NCBI GenBank assembly: GCA_000004985.1
Contig: GG738851.1
DNA from: Naegleria gruberi
Taxonomy: Eukaryota
Strand: one strand, 5' to 3'
Length of the DNA stretch: 64,000 nucleotides
Part shown: in pieces, positions 1 to 13,108 of the stretch
Layout: each line of letters starts with the position of its first letter
Numbering within the stretch: the stretch's first letter is position 1
Notes under the pieces: model-generated
Told to the model about the DNA's origin: nothing
The model's database searches: none
The model's input: the letters and a program-made list of their open reading frames with translations, nothing else
Translations under genes and position numbers: made by a program

Positions 1-2
1 CT

Positions 3-869
3 GGTTATGTTATGGAAATGGATCAAGATTTTTCAATTGTAAAGAAATTGAAATTACTTGGTTATCCAAAAATAGTTCATAAGAATACTTGTATTGTTAC
101 TAAAATGTTTACAAGTGATTTGGAAGTTGCAAAATATGAAGGTGCTTCTCTGAGAACTGTCAGTGGTTTAAGAGGAAGTGTTAAAAAACCATTTAGAGGA
201 GATAAAGCATCACCTGGTGATTTTAGAGCAACTTTTGAAGATAAACTCATTCGTGGTGATATTATCTTTTTAAGATGTTGGTATGCTTTAGAATTGGAAC
301 GTTTCTATAATCCAGTTTATAATCATTTAACAAAGAAATGGTATGGTATGAGAACAGTTTCACAATTAAGAAAGTTAAAACATCTTCCAATTCCAGTTAA
401 AGAAGATTCACTTTATAAGGCAATTAATTCAAGATCAACAGCAGGTCATGATGCTCATTTTGTTCCAAAACCTAAATTATTGAAACAATTACCATTCTCT
501 GAACAACGAAAGAAAGTTGTTCAAGTTACAGGTTTAACAAATAATCTTAATGATTTCATTGCAGAAGATGCTCCAATTCATGAATTAACAACTGCATTAA
601 TGAGTGATAAGGAAGTTGAAAGAGCAAATATGCTTCGTAAATTGAAAGCAATTAATTCTGAAAGAGAAAAGAAGAATTCAATTAATGAATTGAAATTAAA
701 GATGAAACAAATGAAACATCAAGTTCAAGAAGAAAGAGCTAAGAGTAAATCAAAGAAATCAACAATGAAGAGAAGAGCTGTCATGAAGGAATTGAGTCGT
801 GTAAAGAAGGCTAAATATTTTGTTAATGAAGAAGGTGGTGCTGGTGCTGGTGGTTCTGCTGATAAATAA
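3..869 (+). CDS. BMS1: BMS1-family ribosome biogenesis protein, C-terminal portion; CDS enters from upstream of window
   Basis: Frame is open from position 3. FRATFEDKLIRGDIIFLRCWY..FYNPV and the lysine-rich tail match the conserved C-terminal region of yeast/human Bms1. Confidence 0.75.
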   Translation, partial: GYVMEMDQDFSIVKKLKLLGYPKIVHKNTCIVTKMFTSDLEVAKYEGASLRTVSGLRGSVKKPFRGDKASPGDFRATFEDKLIRGDIIFLRCWYALELERFYNPVYNHLTKKWYGMRTVSQLRKLKHLPIPVKEDSLYKAINSRSTAGHDAHFVPKPKLLKQLPFSEQRKKVVQVTGLTNNLNDFIAEDAPIHELTTALMSDKEVERANMLRKLKAINSEREKKNSINELKLKMKQMKHQVQEERAKSKSKKSTMKRRAVMKELSRVKKAKYFVNEEGGAGAGGSADK

Positions 870-1047
870 TTTATCCCTAATAATAATAAATTGTATATAA
901 AAAAGTTTAAAAAAGAATCTTAATATGTTTGTTCATGGTACATAGAGTATTATTGGATGGAGGAGACATCACGATGAGTATTTACATTTATCATTTCCCA
1001 TCAAAGAAAATTCCCTCGTTTTTTAACCGTTATCACTCAAAATAAAA

Positions 1048-4000
1048 ATGAACCACCAACACACCAATAAACAGAGGCAATACTCATCCAATGGAGGAGA
1101 CCTTAATTTGCCTGAATATTTGACTAGAGTAACATCACCTTCATCATCAGATAATGGATATGAATCATCATATCAACAACAACAACAACAATCGGAATAT
1201 GATAATAATATTTCAAGCCTTTCTAATCAAGCCTCAACATCATATCAAAATACAAACATGAGTTTAAATGAAGTCTACAGAATTCCTGGATTAAATTATT
1301 CAAATCTATCATTTAAACCTCAAGGATATTCATCCAATGAAACTAATCAAATTAATGATATTTCCACTCTCTTCAAATCAACTTCATCGAAAGGAGTTTT
1401 CAAGATTGTTGGTAGGGTAAGACCTCTCAATAAATCTTCATATATAGTTAGTGATACAAATAGAATAATGGAAATTGGGGAAGATCATAAAACAGTTCTA
1501 ATTGGAAAGTATTTGAATAAGGCAAATTCATCATCAACTTCTTTTCAATTTACATTTGATAGAATTTTTGATGAATTTGCAAATCAATCAATGTTTTATT
1601 CAAGTTGTGGTTATCCTTTATTTAAGAGTTTTGTTGGAGGAGTTAACGCAAATATTATAACATATGGTCAAGTAAGTAGTAATAATACTCTATTATTGAA
1701 TTGTTACAATTGTGATATGATAAATAGACTAGATCAGGAAAGAGTTATGCACTTGAAGGAATTGGAGATGATGAAAGAAGAGGATTAATACCAAGATTTG
1801 TTGAGGATGTTTTTAAATTCATGTACACTTATGGACAAGGACAAGGTGTTTACAATGCTAAATTTACATTATCAGTTTCTTTTGTACAAATTTACAATGA
1901 CAATATCACAGATTTACTATCAAGTAATAATAGTAAGGGATTAAAAGTTGCTGATGAAAAAACTAAAACTGTCATATTGGGAATGAAGAAACATGTATTG
2001 AAAGAACCAAAAGATATTTTCACTGTTTTAAAATATGCAAAACAGAACAGATCTGTTACATCTGGAATGAAACCACCTGATCTTCACACTAGAAGTCATT
2101 CAATTTTAACTTTATATTTGGATCAGAATTGGCCTCAACTCATATCAGCAAGTTCCTCATCTGTAGATATTCAAACTCATTCAATTTCAAGTAGAGTCAC
2201 TTTTGTAGAGTTGGCTGGTTCTGAAAAGGCAAGAGAATTTTCACAAGCGATGAATAATACACCAAATGCAACTAACGAAGAAGGATCAAAAATTGCCAAA
2301 ACTTTTAATGCTCTAGCTGCAGTAACATCAGGAATTGGTAAATTATTGAATGCATCACCAATATCCAACGTATCATTGAATAGTTCAACACTCTCTAGTC
2401 AGAGTAATAGTTCAACACCAAGCAAATATTATGTTCCATATAGAGATTCAAAATTAACTCACATTCTACGAGATACAATGAGAGAAGATACATTTAACTT
2501 ATTTATTACATGTTTATATCCTCTTCCTGATAATTACACTGAAATATTGGCAAGTGCCAAGTACAGTTCAAGATTAAGACAATCCTTAATTTCCAACAAT
2601 CCATATATTAATAATGAAAACACAAGTGTGTTATCAAATGTACACAGATTCCCATCACCACTCAAAAATTCAAACTCTGTTACAAATTCTCCCTCTAAGA
2701 AAGTTTCATTCAATTCAAGACCGAATCAAAATAATCATGTAAATATTAATCAAGATGATAGTGATGAGGAAATTATTAGACCTGTCTCTAATTCACTTCC
2801 ACAATTGAATAATAGTAATGAAATTTCTACAAGGCAGAATTCTATCAATTCAAAATCTTTAACTAATTCAGACTTTGAAGATGAAGACGGAATTCTTGAA
2901 TCTTATAAGGAAGAAAAGGAAAATGTCAACTTGGAATCGGAAGAGTTGAGACAAATTCTCAACATTGAATCTCTAACAAGAAAGAACTTTCAAAAGAATA
3001 TTGAGCGTTTAGAAGAGGAATTGGTTAAAACTGATGAGGAAAGAAATCATTTAAGATCAAAAGTCATGGAAATGAGTGAAAAAATTCAAGAATTATCAGA
3101 ACAAAATATGAAACTCAATGAAAATTGTACTCTTTCAAAAGTTGATTTTGAAAAGCTGTCAGACCAAAAAGCAGCGTTGGAAGAAGAAATGGAAAAAAGT
3201 AGAAAGTATATTGCACAGTTATCAAAGGAAAATACTAAATTGAATGAACAAGTTGTTAATGGAAGGGATAAATACATTTCAACAGTAGCAAAGAATCAGA
3301 TAGAAGCTCTGCAAATTGAAAATAATGAACTAAAATTGAAACAACAAGGAAATGAAACAAAGGCTGCTAAGGAGTTACAACAACAAGTTGAGAGTTTAAA
3401 GAATGAAATCAAATTGAAAGATGTTTCCTTCTCTGAATTGTTAGATCAATTAAAGGAAATGAAACAGAGAAATAATAACTTGAGTGGTGAATTGGAGAAG
3501 AAACAAGAACTGTTTGATCAAACCATAAAAGAGAATGAAGATTTAAGAGTTGAAGTTGAGGGTCTATCAAGTTCAGTTGAAGCTAAAGAATCTGAAGTTG
3601 AAGAAATGTATCAACAAATTGATCAATTACCAAAATTGAATTATGAACTGCAAAGACTAGATAGAACTGTTCAACAACTTTCTCAACAAAATCAAGAATT
3701 ACAATCTAGATTAGAAGAATATCAATCAGTTGCTAGAAATGAACATTCAAAACTTGTTGAAGAAAGAAATGAATTTGAACAAGCTCTTAAAAAACTTTCC
3801 AATGAACTTGAACGTGAAAAGAAGGAGAAGGAAAGATTGAGAGAAGAAGTAATTCAACTCAATTCAAAGGTTTCCTCATCCAATTCTTCCAATCAGACAG
3901 AAATTTCCAAGAGAGATGAAACAATTAAAATGCTAAAGAATGATTTGGAATTGAGTAAGAGATCAGCAGAGAAAACCATCAATGATTTGAAGAATAATAT

Positions 4001-6209
4001 TGGACATGATTTGGAAGAGAGAACAAGAATGAGTTCTGAAATTCATGCAGTTAGTGCTAAAAAGCTTGAACTTGAAGTTGATCTTAAAAAGATACAATCA
4101 CAATTCACTCTACTAAAGAAGGAGAATGAAGATAAGTCCAAACAACTTAAAACACTATCTGATGAAGTGGTGAATCTTAATTTAGATAAGAATAAGAGTG
4201 AATCTGAAATGAAGAATCAAATTAGCACATTGAAAGAAAACTTGAATGAACAACAAAAACAATCAGAATTAACCATCTATCAACTCAGAGAGGAAAACAA
4301 ATCTCTATCAATTAGAGTTAATTCTCTTAAAGAAACAAATAATACTCGCTCATCACAATTAGAAGAAGTATTATTTGCTAAAAAGACGCTTGAAGAGCAA
4401 ATGAGTAAACTTGTTCAATCATGTGGAATTGATTCAAAACTTGGATTAGATTCAGAAATTGAAAGGAGGGTTGAAAATTCAATTAGACTTGCATCACTTG
4501 AAAAACAAGCACTTCATCGAAAGAATGAAATTGATCAACTTGGTATTGAAATTGAACAAAAAGATTTGGAAATTGAAAAATTGAAAAAAGATTTCTATGA
4601 AAATAGACTTGAAATTCAAACATTGAGAAATTCAACAGAAGAATATGAATATACTATTACAACTTTAAAGACTAATTTGAATCAATGTTGTGAAGATAGA
4701 AGAAATTTGAGAGAGGAAAATATTCAACTCCTTTCTTCAAATGATAAGAAGGAAGATTTAATTAGAAAATTAAAACATGATATTGAAGTATCCAAGATGG
4801 AAATTAATTCTATTAAATCAGAGAAGGAAAATATTCAATTAATGCTTAAAAAGACCATTAATAACACAAGTGGTGTACATGATGATTTATCACAAACTAA
4901 ATTTGAATTATTAGAACTTGCTAGAGAACGTGATACATTTGAAATGCAATATTTGAGTAGTGAAAAGAAGATTAAGGGATTGGAAGATGAAATTGATGCA
5001 AAACAAGTTCAAATTTCAGATCTCAAATATCAAATTGAAATTGAAAAGAGAGAAAATAATAATCCACTGTTAGAAGAATCAATTAAAAGATTAACAGAAG
5101 AAAATAAGAATATTTCAAAACAATGTTCAGAATTGAAAGTTGAAAAGGAAACACTTGTACAAGAAAAGAAAGTTTCAGATGCACAATCAAATCATTACAA
5201 GACTCTTCATAATGATTCATTGAAATTAATTGATGATTTAAAGAGAGAATATGAATCAAGATGTAGAGAATTATCAGATTGTAAAGATGAATTAGAACAT
5301 TTAAGAATTCAATTAGAAGAAAAACAAAAATCTTTACAAAAAGCAAAAGAATTGAATTTAGAAAATGAACAATTGGTTGAAACAAAATCTGATGAAATTC
5401 AATATCTTAAAATTTGTTTAGAAGATTCTTCAATGAAATTGAGAGAATATATTGAAAAATGTCAAACACTTGAATCAACCATTGAAAGATTAGAAAAACA
5501 AATTCAACATTCTCAAGATGAATCATCAACCTATAGAAATGGTTTAGAAAAGAAGGAAAGTGAAAATAATGAACTTTTTATGAGATTTAAAATGTTAGAA
5601 ATTGATAGAGATAATTTAAAGAAACAATTAGAAAATACTCAACAAGAATTAACAGAAATTGAAAATTCATATTTGGAATTGAGATCAAGTCAAGAAAATT
5701 TAACAAATTCACTTGAAAAATCACAAGAAGAAATTAAAAAATTGCATGAAGAAAAGAAATTAATTGAAAATCAATTACAACAAGTTCAAGATAACATTTC
5801 AGAAATGTCAGAACAAATTCAAAAAGATCAAGATGAAAGAGAAATGTTCATTTCTCGAATGATTAAATTTGAAAGAACAATTCAAGTATTAACAAAAGAA
5901 AAACAACAAATTGAATTGAAATTAGAAAAGGAAACGAATCAATTCATTGAAAAATTATCAAAGATTGAAAAACAAGAAATAACAATGAAAGAATATCAAA
6001 TTGCAATTGAACAATTAGAACAAGGTAACAAATCACTTCAACAAACAATAACAGAAATGACAAGACAAGTTATTCAATTAGAAGAAGAAAAGAGAAAATC
6101 AAGTAGAACTTTAAATGATATTGAATCTGAATTGGAACGTGTTAAAAAAGCATATGAAAAAACTTCAAGAGAATTGAAATCAATGGTAAATTCATTTGTT
6201 TATCAATAA
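1048..6209 (+). CDS. kinesin motor protein with ~1,300-aa coiled-coil tail; exons 1048..1671 and 1728..6209, intron 1672..1727 (GTAAGT..ATAG, 56 nt)
   Basis: Splicing at TYGQ|TRSGKSYALEG rebuilds the kinesin P-loop (GQTxSGKS). Downstream motifs are GLIPRFVEDVF, VSFVQIYNDNITDLL, SSRSHSI, FVELAGSEK and VPYRDSKLTHILRD, followed by a long heptad-rich tail. Confidence 0.9.
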
Positions 6210-6270
6210 ATATCATCATCATTTTAAATATATTAATACGAGTTAAATATGTTAGATTATTAATAAAAAA

Positions 6271-6927
6271 ATGAATAAAGAAAGTGATTCACTTCATCAG
6301 GAAGAGGAAGAAAATAAGACATTATCGGAAGTTGTACAACAACAACAACAACAACAAGATCATAATAATAGTGATAGTGATAGTGAAGAAGAGGAAAATT
6401 ATGAAGAATTAGGATATACACAAATAAATAATGAAGAATTTAATTATAACGAAGATGACGATGATGAATGTACAATAGATAAAGAAATTACGGAAAAAGA
6501 AGAATTAACATTTGATGATTTTGATACTGATTTTGAAAAAGCCTTGGCATTTGTTTTACAAAATAATCAATCAAATACAAATAATATTAATAATACTAAT
6601 CATACTAATAATAATAATAATAACACGAATGGAAAGAAGAAAAAGATTAAAATAACATTGGGAGCACTTGATCCAACACTTAAAATTCAATATTTAAATA
6701 ATAATGAAAACAATACATCACCATCAGATTATTCAATTAGTAACAATGATGATGATGAGGAGGAGAGAATTAATTCATCCTCATCAGATATAATATTAGA
6801 TTCTGAAAAAGTAAATTCCATAAAGAATATTATTAAAGATATTGAATTGGCTCCACCAAAAGATTTAAAATGGTTTTCAGAAGATGATTGGTTAATTAAA
6901 TTAAAGAAATTAAAAGATCAAGAGTAA
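6271..6927 (+). CDS. acidic low-complexity protein (poly-Q, poly-N, D/E-rich), unknown function
   Basis: ATG-initiated ORF with coding-like codon usage; no recognisable domain. Confidence 0.4.
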   Translation: MNKESDSLHQEEEENKTLSEVVQQQQQQQDHNNSDSDSEEEENYEELGYTQINNEEFNYNEDDDDECTIDKEITEKEELTFDDFDTDFEKALAFVLQNNQSNTNNINNTNHTNNNNNNTNGKKKKIKITLGALDPTLKIQYLNNNENNTSPSDYSISNNDDDEEERINSSSSDIILDSEKVNSIKNIIKDIELAPPKDLKWFSEDDWLIKLKKLKDQE

Positions 6928-7053
6928 ATTATTTTGTAAAATATTTTGTAAAGTATTTTGTAACATCGATCACTAATTAATGATATTGAACCATAATTAA
7001 TTTCTATAATTAAAAATTGATGATATATTTTTCTTTAATTAATTAAAAAAAAA

Positions 7054-8145
7054 ATGAATCAAGATGAATGGAGGGAAATTATTAAATATTTAGAACCCAT
7101 TGATTTATTTACTTCTCTTTCATCAATTTGTAAATCTTTACAATATATTATTGAAGAATGTTGTGTTTTATTTGATGATATTGCAAATGGAAGTTGTTGT
7201 ATTTCATTCCGACCTATTTTAAATATTTCTAATGATAATACTATTTTAAATATTTCTAATGATAATACTAATTACAATAGTATTAGTGAAAATAATAATG
7301 ATAATAATAATAATAATTCTATAGAATATGTTAGAATAATGGGAAATATAAATTATTTTACAAATTTATATTTATTAAAATTAGGAATTAAATTAGGAAA
7401 TATTAATCCTACCTCATTATCAGATCAAAATGATATTGATTTAATATTAAATGAATATCAATGTAATTTATTAGAATTTTATAGAAATAAATTATTAAAA
7501 ATTAATTATCCAATTGAAATACATCCACCAAGTGATTATTTATTAAGATATATAACATTGGGTGATCTTGGAATTGGAAAATCAACCTATCATAATATTA
7601 TTAGAAATGGAAAGTTTGAAATTTATAAAAATATTGGAATTGATTTTTGTATAAAAACATGTACATTACCTATAAATGGATTATTAATTAAACATCAAAT
7701 ATGGGATACAAGTGGAGAAGAGAGATTTTATAGAAATAAATCAAGTTACATAAATAGATTATTAAGATTTAAACAATTATTTATTTATTGTTTTTCAATG
7801 AACAATGAAGAGAGTTTTAATAATTTAAATGATTGGTTTGAACCAATTAAGGAAATTAAAGGAAGACATTTAGAATTAATTATTGGATTACATTCTTATT
7901 ATTATGAAAATTATGTTAATAATGATATTAAGAATAATGTAAATGTACAAATAGTTAATGCTATTAAAAAGGCATATTCATTAAGGAAATCAGTATTTGT
8001 TGAAGTCAATTCAAAAATAATGTTAAATATTTTTGCTCCAATTTGGTATTTACAATTAAAGTATGCCTATTTTATGGATTTATCTAAATTAATTTATATA
8101 TTACCTTCTAAAACTGAAACAAAAAAGAATTGTTTATTACAATAA
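7054..8145 (+). CDS. F-box-like N-terminus fused to a divergent Rab/Ras-like small GTPase domain
   Basis: N-terminal WREIIKYLEPIDLFTSLSSICKSL is F-box-like. GDLGIGKST is a G1 P-loop and IWDTSGEERF is a G3 DTAGQE variant with Q->E. No clear NKxD motif. Confidence 0.55.
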   Translation: MNQDEWREIIKYLEPIDLFTSLSSICKSLQYIIEECCVLFDDIANGSCCISFRPILNISNDNTILNISNDNTNYNSISENNNDNNNNNSIEYVRIMGNINYFTNLYLLKLGIKLGNINPTSLSDQNDIDLILNEYQCNLLEFYRNKLLKINYPIEIHPPSDYLLRYITLGDLGIGKSTYHNIIRNGKFEIYKNIGIDFCIKTCTLPINGLLIKHQIWDTSGEERFYRNKSSYINRLLRFKQLFIYCFSMNNEESFNNLNDWFEPIKEIKGRHLELIIGLHSYYYENYVNNDIKNNVNVQIVNAIKKAYSLRKSVFVEVNSKIMLNIFAPIWYLQLKYAYFMDLSKLIYILPSKTETKKNCLLQ

Positions 8146-8226
8146 TATTGTAAACTTGATAATTTTTTAATAAATTTTTTAAATATTTTGCTTTCAAATT
8201 CAATTATTATCAAATAAATAAATTCT

Positions 8227-9336
8227 TTATAACCAAGGTTTCAAAGTTTCCAAAGTCTTTTCATATAATTTAGTTCCATATTCAGGATCATAACTTTCAG
8301 CATTACTCTTTGCAAGATTACAATGACAAAAATATTTTCCAGAAACTCTTTCCAATTCCTTAGCACAAGAAACATAGATTTGATTAATAGCACCTTCAAT
8401 AGGTGTGAGAGCAACAAGACTAATACCCCAATTGAAAACATAATTGAATGGGAACCAAATATTTGAACCAATATTTGTAGAAACAATACCTGGATGAATA
8501 ACATTAATTGAAACACTACCACCTAATCCTTCCTTTTTCAATAACTTATCAAAATGATAAGTGAACATGATTTGAGCCATTTTAGATTGAGTATAACCAT
8601 GGAATGGATTGTAAGGTCTCTTTTTAAAATCAGGATCTTCCAAATCAACATGACCAGTTTGATGAGCTTCAGATGCAACAAAAACAATTCTACTATCTGG
8701 TCCATTTTCAGCCAAATTATTCTTTAACAATAATGTTAAGAGAACATGAGCCAAATAATTACATCCATATTGAGTTTCATGTCCTTCCTTTGTTAAACCA
8801 TATGGTGGTGTCATTATTCCAGCATTAGCAATGAGACACTTGACCTTATATTGTTGATTAATCTTTTCAGCAAATGATTTGACACTACTCAATGAATTCA
8901 AATCCAATGAAAGGAATTTCAAAATTACTTTTGAGTTTTTCTTATTCAATTCTTGTTGAATTTTGTTTAATGCTTCGGTTCCTCTTTCTTCAGATCGACA
9001 AGCTAAAATTACATTAAAACCAAATTCACAGGCCAGTGTTTTGGCAGTTTCATAACCAATACCAGAATTGGCACCTGTAATAATATAAAATTGATCAGCC
9101 TCTGGTTTAACAAGTTCAATTTTATGAGAAATCATTTCTTCTAAAGTGGACATGAGTGGTTTAATTTTAACTCCGAAAAATGGTACCAATGACTTTATTT
9201 TAGTAAGTAGCTCCAATTCACAAACTAATAAATAAAGTCCATAAAAACAGAAATAAAAGAATTCATACACCATCAATAAACGTTGAATAAGAGATGATGA
9301 TGATGAGGATGATGAAGTGGATGTCCAGTCGCTCAT
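8227..9336 (-). CDS. short-chain dehydrogenase/reductase (retinol-dehydrogenase/WWOX-like) with N-terminal membrane anchor
   Basis: ITGANSGIGYETAKTLA is the TGxxxGIG cofactor motif; NAG and YTQSK (YxxxK) form the catalytic motif. Hydrophobic N-terminus. Confidence 0.8.
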   Translation of the reverse strand: MSDWTSTSSSSSSSSLIQRLLMVYEFFYFCFYGLYLLVCELELLTKIKSLVPFFGVKIKPLMSTLEEMISHKIELVKPEADQFYIITGANSGIGYETAKTLACEFGFNVILACRSEERGTEALNKIQQELNKKNSKVILKFLSLDLNSLSSVKSFAEKINQQYKVKCLIANAGIMTPPYGLTKEGHETQYGCNYLAHVLLTLLLKNNLAENGPDSRIVFVASEAHQTGHVDLEDPDFKKRPYNPFHGYTQSKMAQIMFTYHFDKLLKKEGLGGSVSINVIHPGIVSTNIGSNIWFPFNYVFNWGISLVALTPIEGAINQIYVSCAKELERVSGKYFCHCNLAKSNAESYDPEYGTKLYEKTLETLKPWL

Positions 9337-9557
9337 TTTTTTTCAAGTTGTTTTTTCATGAAGGCTTGTTGACAGAGAGGTGTTATTGAATCAGTCGGCA
9401 AATGTTTGGTTCGGAAAACGTTCTCAATAGTGTGTTTCAATATAAACAACTCATCAAATATTACAAAATGTTTAATACTCTCCAGAATGAAGGCTTTGTT
9501 TTCAACATTTTGAATTTGCATTTAATAAAATTTTATTTTAATTAATATTTAAAAAAA

Positions 9558-10229
9558 ATGCCACCAAGAGGAAGAGGTAGAGGAGGTGCTGCTCCAATGG
9601 GCAGAATTCCTTCTTCGGGAGGAGCTGCTTCACAACAACAAGAAGGAAGTGGTACTGCTGCTAATGCAGGTGAAGAACAAGCAAAGAAACCACAAATTTT
9701 AACTCCTTATCAAGCTATGCAAAGAAAGGCTCTTTTGATTCCTCCTCTTTATCCCGAAGTTAAGATTCATAAATGTAAACCAATCTCTGATGCTCTACAT
9801 GTTATGATTGAACAAATGAGAAATTCAAGAGGAAGAATTAGAAACTCTCCATACTATGTTGACTCACAACATTGTGAAGCTTGTTTGGATGAAAAAAAGG
9901 ATCCACTCATGCAAAGTCTTGGTATAAAAACTGGCTATTTCCCAAGCGAAATAGTTGTCAGACCAAACAAGAAGCGTCTCATGATGCTCTATAAGAGATT
10001 TAATTCTGGAAGTGATGAAGCCAATGTACAACGATTGGAAAAGCTCTTCAAACAAAAAAAGGATGATGACGATGAAGACGATGATGATGACGAAAATGGT
10101 GATATTCTTGCTGAGGATGAGGAATCCGATGGAGGAGATGCCTATGATGCATTCGAAAACTTTGACGATGATGAAGATTACTTGGATGAAGAAGAAGTTG
10201 GAGATGGAGATGAAGGACCAACTATGTAA
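9558..10229 (+). CDS. RNA polymerase III subunit RPC7/Rpc31 (POLR3G)-like
   Basis: N-terminal RGRGRGG, PPLYPE and RKALLIPPLYPEV segments and a long poly-D/E C-terminal tail match the RPC7/POLR3G layout. Confidence 0.5.
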   Translation: MPPRGRGRGGAAPMGRIPSSGGAASQQQEGSGTAANAGEEQAKKPQILTPYQAMQRKALLIPPLYPEVKIHKCKPISDALHVMIEQMRNSRGRIRNSPYYVDSQHCEACLDEKKDPLMQSLGIKTGYFPSEIVVRPNKKRLMMLYKRFNSGSDEANVQRLEKLFKQKKDDDDEDDDDDENGDILAEDEESDGGDAYDAFENFDDDEDYLDEEEVGDGDEGPTM

Positions 10230-10546
10230 ACCCAACTTTCTAATATGGCTGAATTTTTGACACAACTTGAAGCAATATTTGAAAGAGCATAACAATATCC
10301 GAATTGAAAGAACATCCATTGTTGCACACACCAATTTCCTTCCTGATGTATTTGCACCAAAACAATAAGATGCAACAAACAGATAGGCAACATCTCATTA
10401 TCAAATGTGATTAATAAATCTATCTCTTTATGAAAGGAAGTGAGAGTTGTAAATGTTATGAACATTTCAGTAGTAACTGAGCACCAAAATAATGTTATAA
10501 ATCATCCTCTTTACGTCTCGTTAAAAGTTTTGGTGGGAAATCTTGA

Positions 10547-13108
10547 TTGTGTACGACAGATAATTCTCTCTCTGCACTGCAACACACCTCATTCATCCAA
10601 AGGAAAACAAAAATGAGCAGCAGCACCACTAGTAAGGGAACAACTAAAAGGTTTTCTTCTACAAGCAGCCAGAAGGCTTCTTCAGGAGCATTGGCAACAG
10701 CTGGTAGTGGTGCAAGACCAGGCTCTCAACAAGTGGGAAGTTCAAAGAAGAGAATTCCTTCATCATCTGGTAGTACAAGCTCAACTAAAAGTAAGAGGAA
10801 ATTATCTAGTGGTTCAACTCCTTCCAGGGATAATAAAACACAAAATTATTCCTTCTCAGATCAGGGAATGTATAGTACAGTCTCCCTTAAAAACGAGAAG
10901 GCTGTACTATTAAATGATGAGGAAATGATTAGCGAGTTTGAAAAACAAAAAAGAAGGTAAGGATTTGCATTGATGAGCAATGAGCTTATATATATGAAAA
11001 GATTGGAACGATTGGCTTTTGTGATGAAGTTACCTTTCATTGATGTAGAATACTTTTTTAATGCATACGGAAGTGAATACAATATATATAATCTTCATCA
11101 ACTTTCAATGGTTGTAGACCTTTTGGAAAATCACAAGTTAAAAACAATACAAGTAACGGAAGCCATTTGGGAAAGAGAGGATGTTCTTGACAAGCTTCAT
11201 TGTCTTGTTGAGGAATATAATGCTGTAAAGGATTCAAATCCTGGTTTAATTCTTGTAGCACAAAAGGAAGCACTCATACTGCAAAAAGATATTCAGAAAA
11301 AGGGGTTGAAGATTGTTGAACTAATTGACAAGTGGAGGAAAGACCTTAGTCTTGATTATCCTTTTAGGTTTATGGAATATACTAATTATCTTATCAAAAT
11401 GAGATATGATTTGGAATTTGTTGATAATAGCGACCTCTCTCATTACATTTTCCCTTTCAGAGGTCATCCATTACTTGCAAATGTTCCAAGTCTGTATTAT
11501 GAAAATATTGAAAAGTTGTTAGAGGTTCCTGATAAGAAGAATCCATCACTTTCAGCAACTGTAACATATCCACTCACTAAAAAGAAGTTAAAACTTGCTG
11601 ATAAGGCAATGAATGCAGAAAGAAAGTTAAACAAGTACGAGGCTATTATTTTGAGAGAGGAAGATAATGAAAGGACGATCAAACAATTCTTATTTACTCT
11701 CATCAAAAAAGGAAAATTTATTACAGTACTGAATGTTTCAGAAGGAGAATTTGAACTCACTCCTGAACAGCAGCAAAAGATTAAGGGAATTTTCAACCAG
11801 AGCCCAGAATATGTCATTTCCTATTTCAATCTTCATGCAAGAGTAAATCTTGAACCTCAATTTCCAGAGAAGAAACCAGAGCCATCGACACCTAAATCAT
11901 CAGAAAAAACAATCCAAAACGATGTTGTTATAATAGGGAGTGTCATTGCTCCAACTCCTAAAGCAGTTTCAAATGGCCAAGTTTTCCTTACAGAGGAGGA
12001 AGATGATGAGCTAGATGATGAGAACAGACTCGGAATTAACAATGAAAAGGGGTATGCATCCGACATTACAGACGATATTGAATTTGAAATTATTGAAAAG
12101 AAACAGGATCAAAATAATTCTAAAAATTATGATGGATCAGGGGAAGAAACAGAAGAAGAAAATGCTTACAAGAAACAAACTGTCTTGAAAGAATATCATA
12201 CTGAATTGGAAGCAACTCACCAACATCATGAACCATTGGAAAATCAAAATCCTTTATCTCTTAATGATTCACTCGATGAAAAGAAATTCCAAAACCCATA
12301 CCAACATGATGAAAATCGAGATGAAGAAGAGGAAGAAAACGAAGAAGAGGAAAGGGAGGAAAACACATTTGGATACTCCAATCCTTACGAGGATGAGGAA
12401 CCACACAAATACCAACATGAAGGAGAGGTTCATGAAGGAGATAAGCGTGATGAAGAAGGTAATGATTTTTCGCGTGTTTATGGTCTAGATAACATTGAGG
12501 CACCGAACGAAAATCATACAAATGAAGATCTCAACATTGTGGATAATGTACATTTGGAAACAGAATATCCTGAGAATCATGAAGTTGTTCATGCTACATC
12601 CGTGGAAACTCCAATACTTGGTGATATAATGGAACCAAATCTAGAGGTTTGTCCTCCTTCCCCTAAATACCATGAAGAACCAACCCAAATTCATGATGAA
12701 TTATCTCACAAAGAACCTGAAAACCATTCGACGGTTCCTCCATTGTCAACTAATCTTGAAGAACCATCAAATGAAACTGCCGAGGATTCATATAATGTAA
12801 ATTCATTCGAAACACCAAGAGATTTTGATAACTTTTCCAATCCTTACGGGGATGAGGAAGATTCGCAAAAACAGAGCTCTGGATCAATTCATCTCAGTAC
12901 ACCTGTTTTAAAGGGTGATTTACATATAGGTACACCCCTTATGCAGGCCAATATTCATTTTGGAGATCCATTAGTAGTAGCTGCTGGTAGCTCTAAAGAT
13001 AAGGATAGTAAGAAATCAAAACACAAACGAAGTGGGTCGAATTCTAGCAGTAGTAGTAGTAGTTCTGGATCCGATTTCTCAGATTTTGGATCTGATTTTT
13101 CTGATTAA
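10547..13108 (+). CDS. Ser-rich N-terminus plus long acidic disordered protein; two same-frame ORFs (10547..10960 and ATG 10973..13108) separated by one TAA lying inside GTAAGG
   Basis: Same frame on both sides. A globular region of ~300 aa is followed by a D/E-rich tail ending SDFSDFGSDFSD. The single TAA could be a true stop between two genes or sit in a 45-nt in-frame intron (10957..11001). Confidence 0.4.

Noticed and set aside
2177-5385. Small minus-strand ORFs (2177..2368, 3086..3277, 5083..5385) inside the kinesin gene
   Set aside because: They are antisense to a strongly supported CDS, rich in Leu/Phe/Ile as expected from reverse-complemented AT-rich codons, and lack ATG or motif support.
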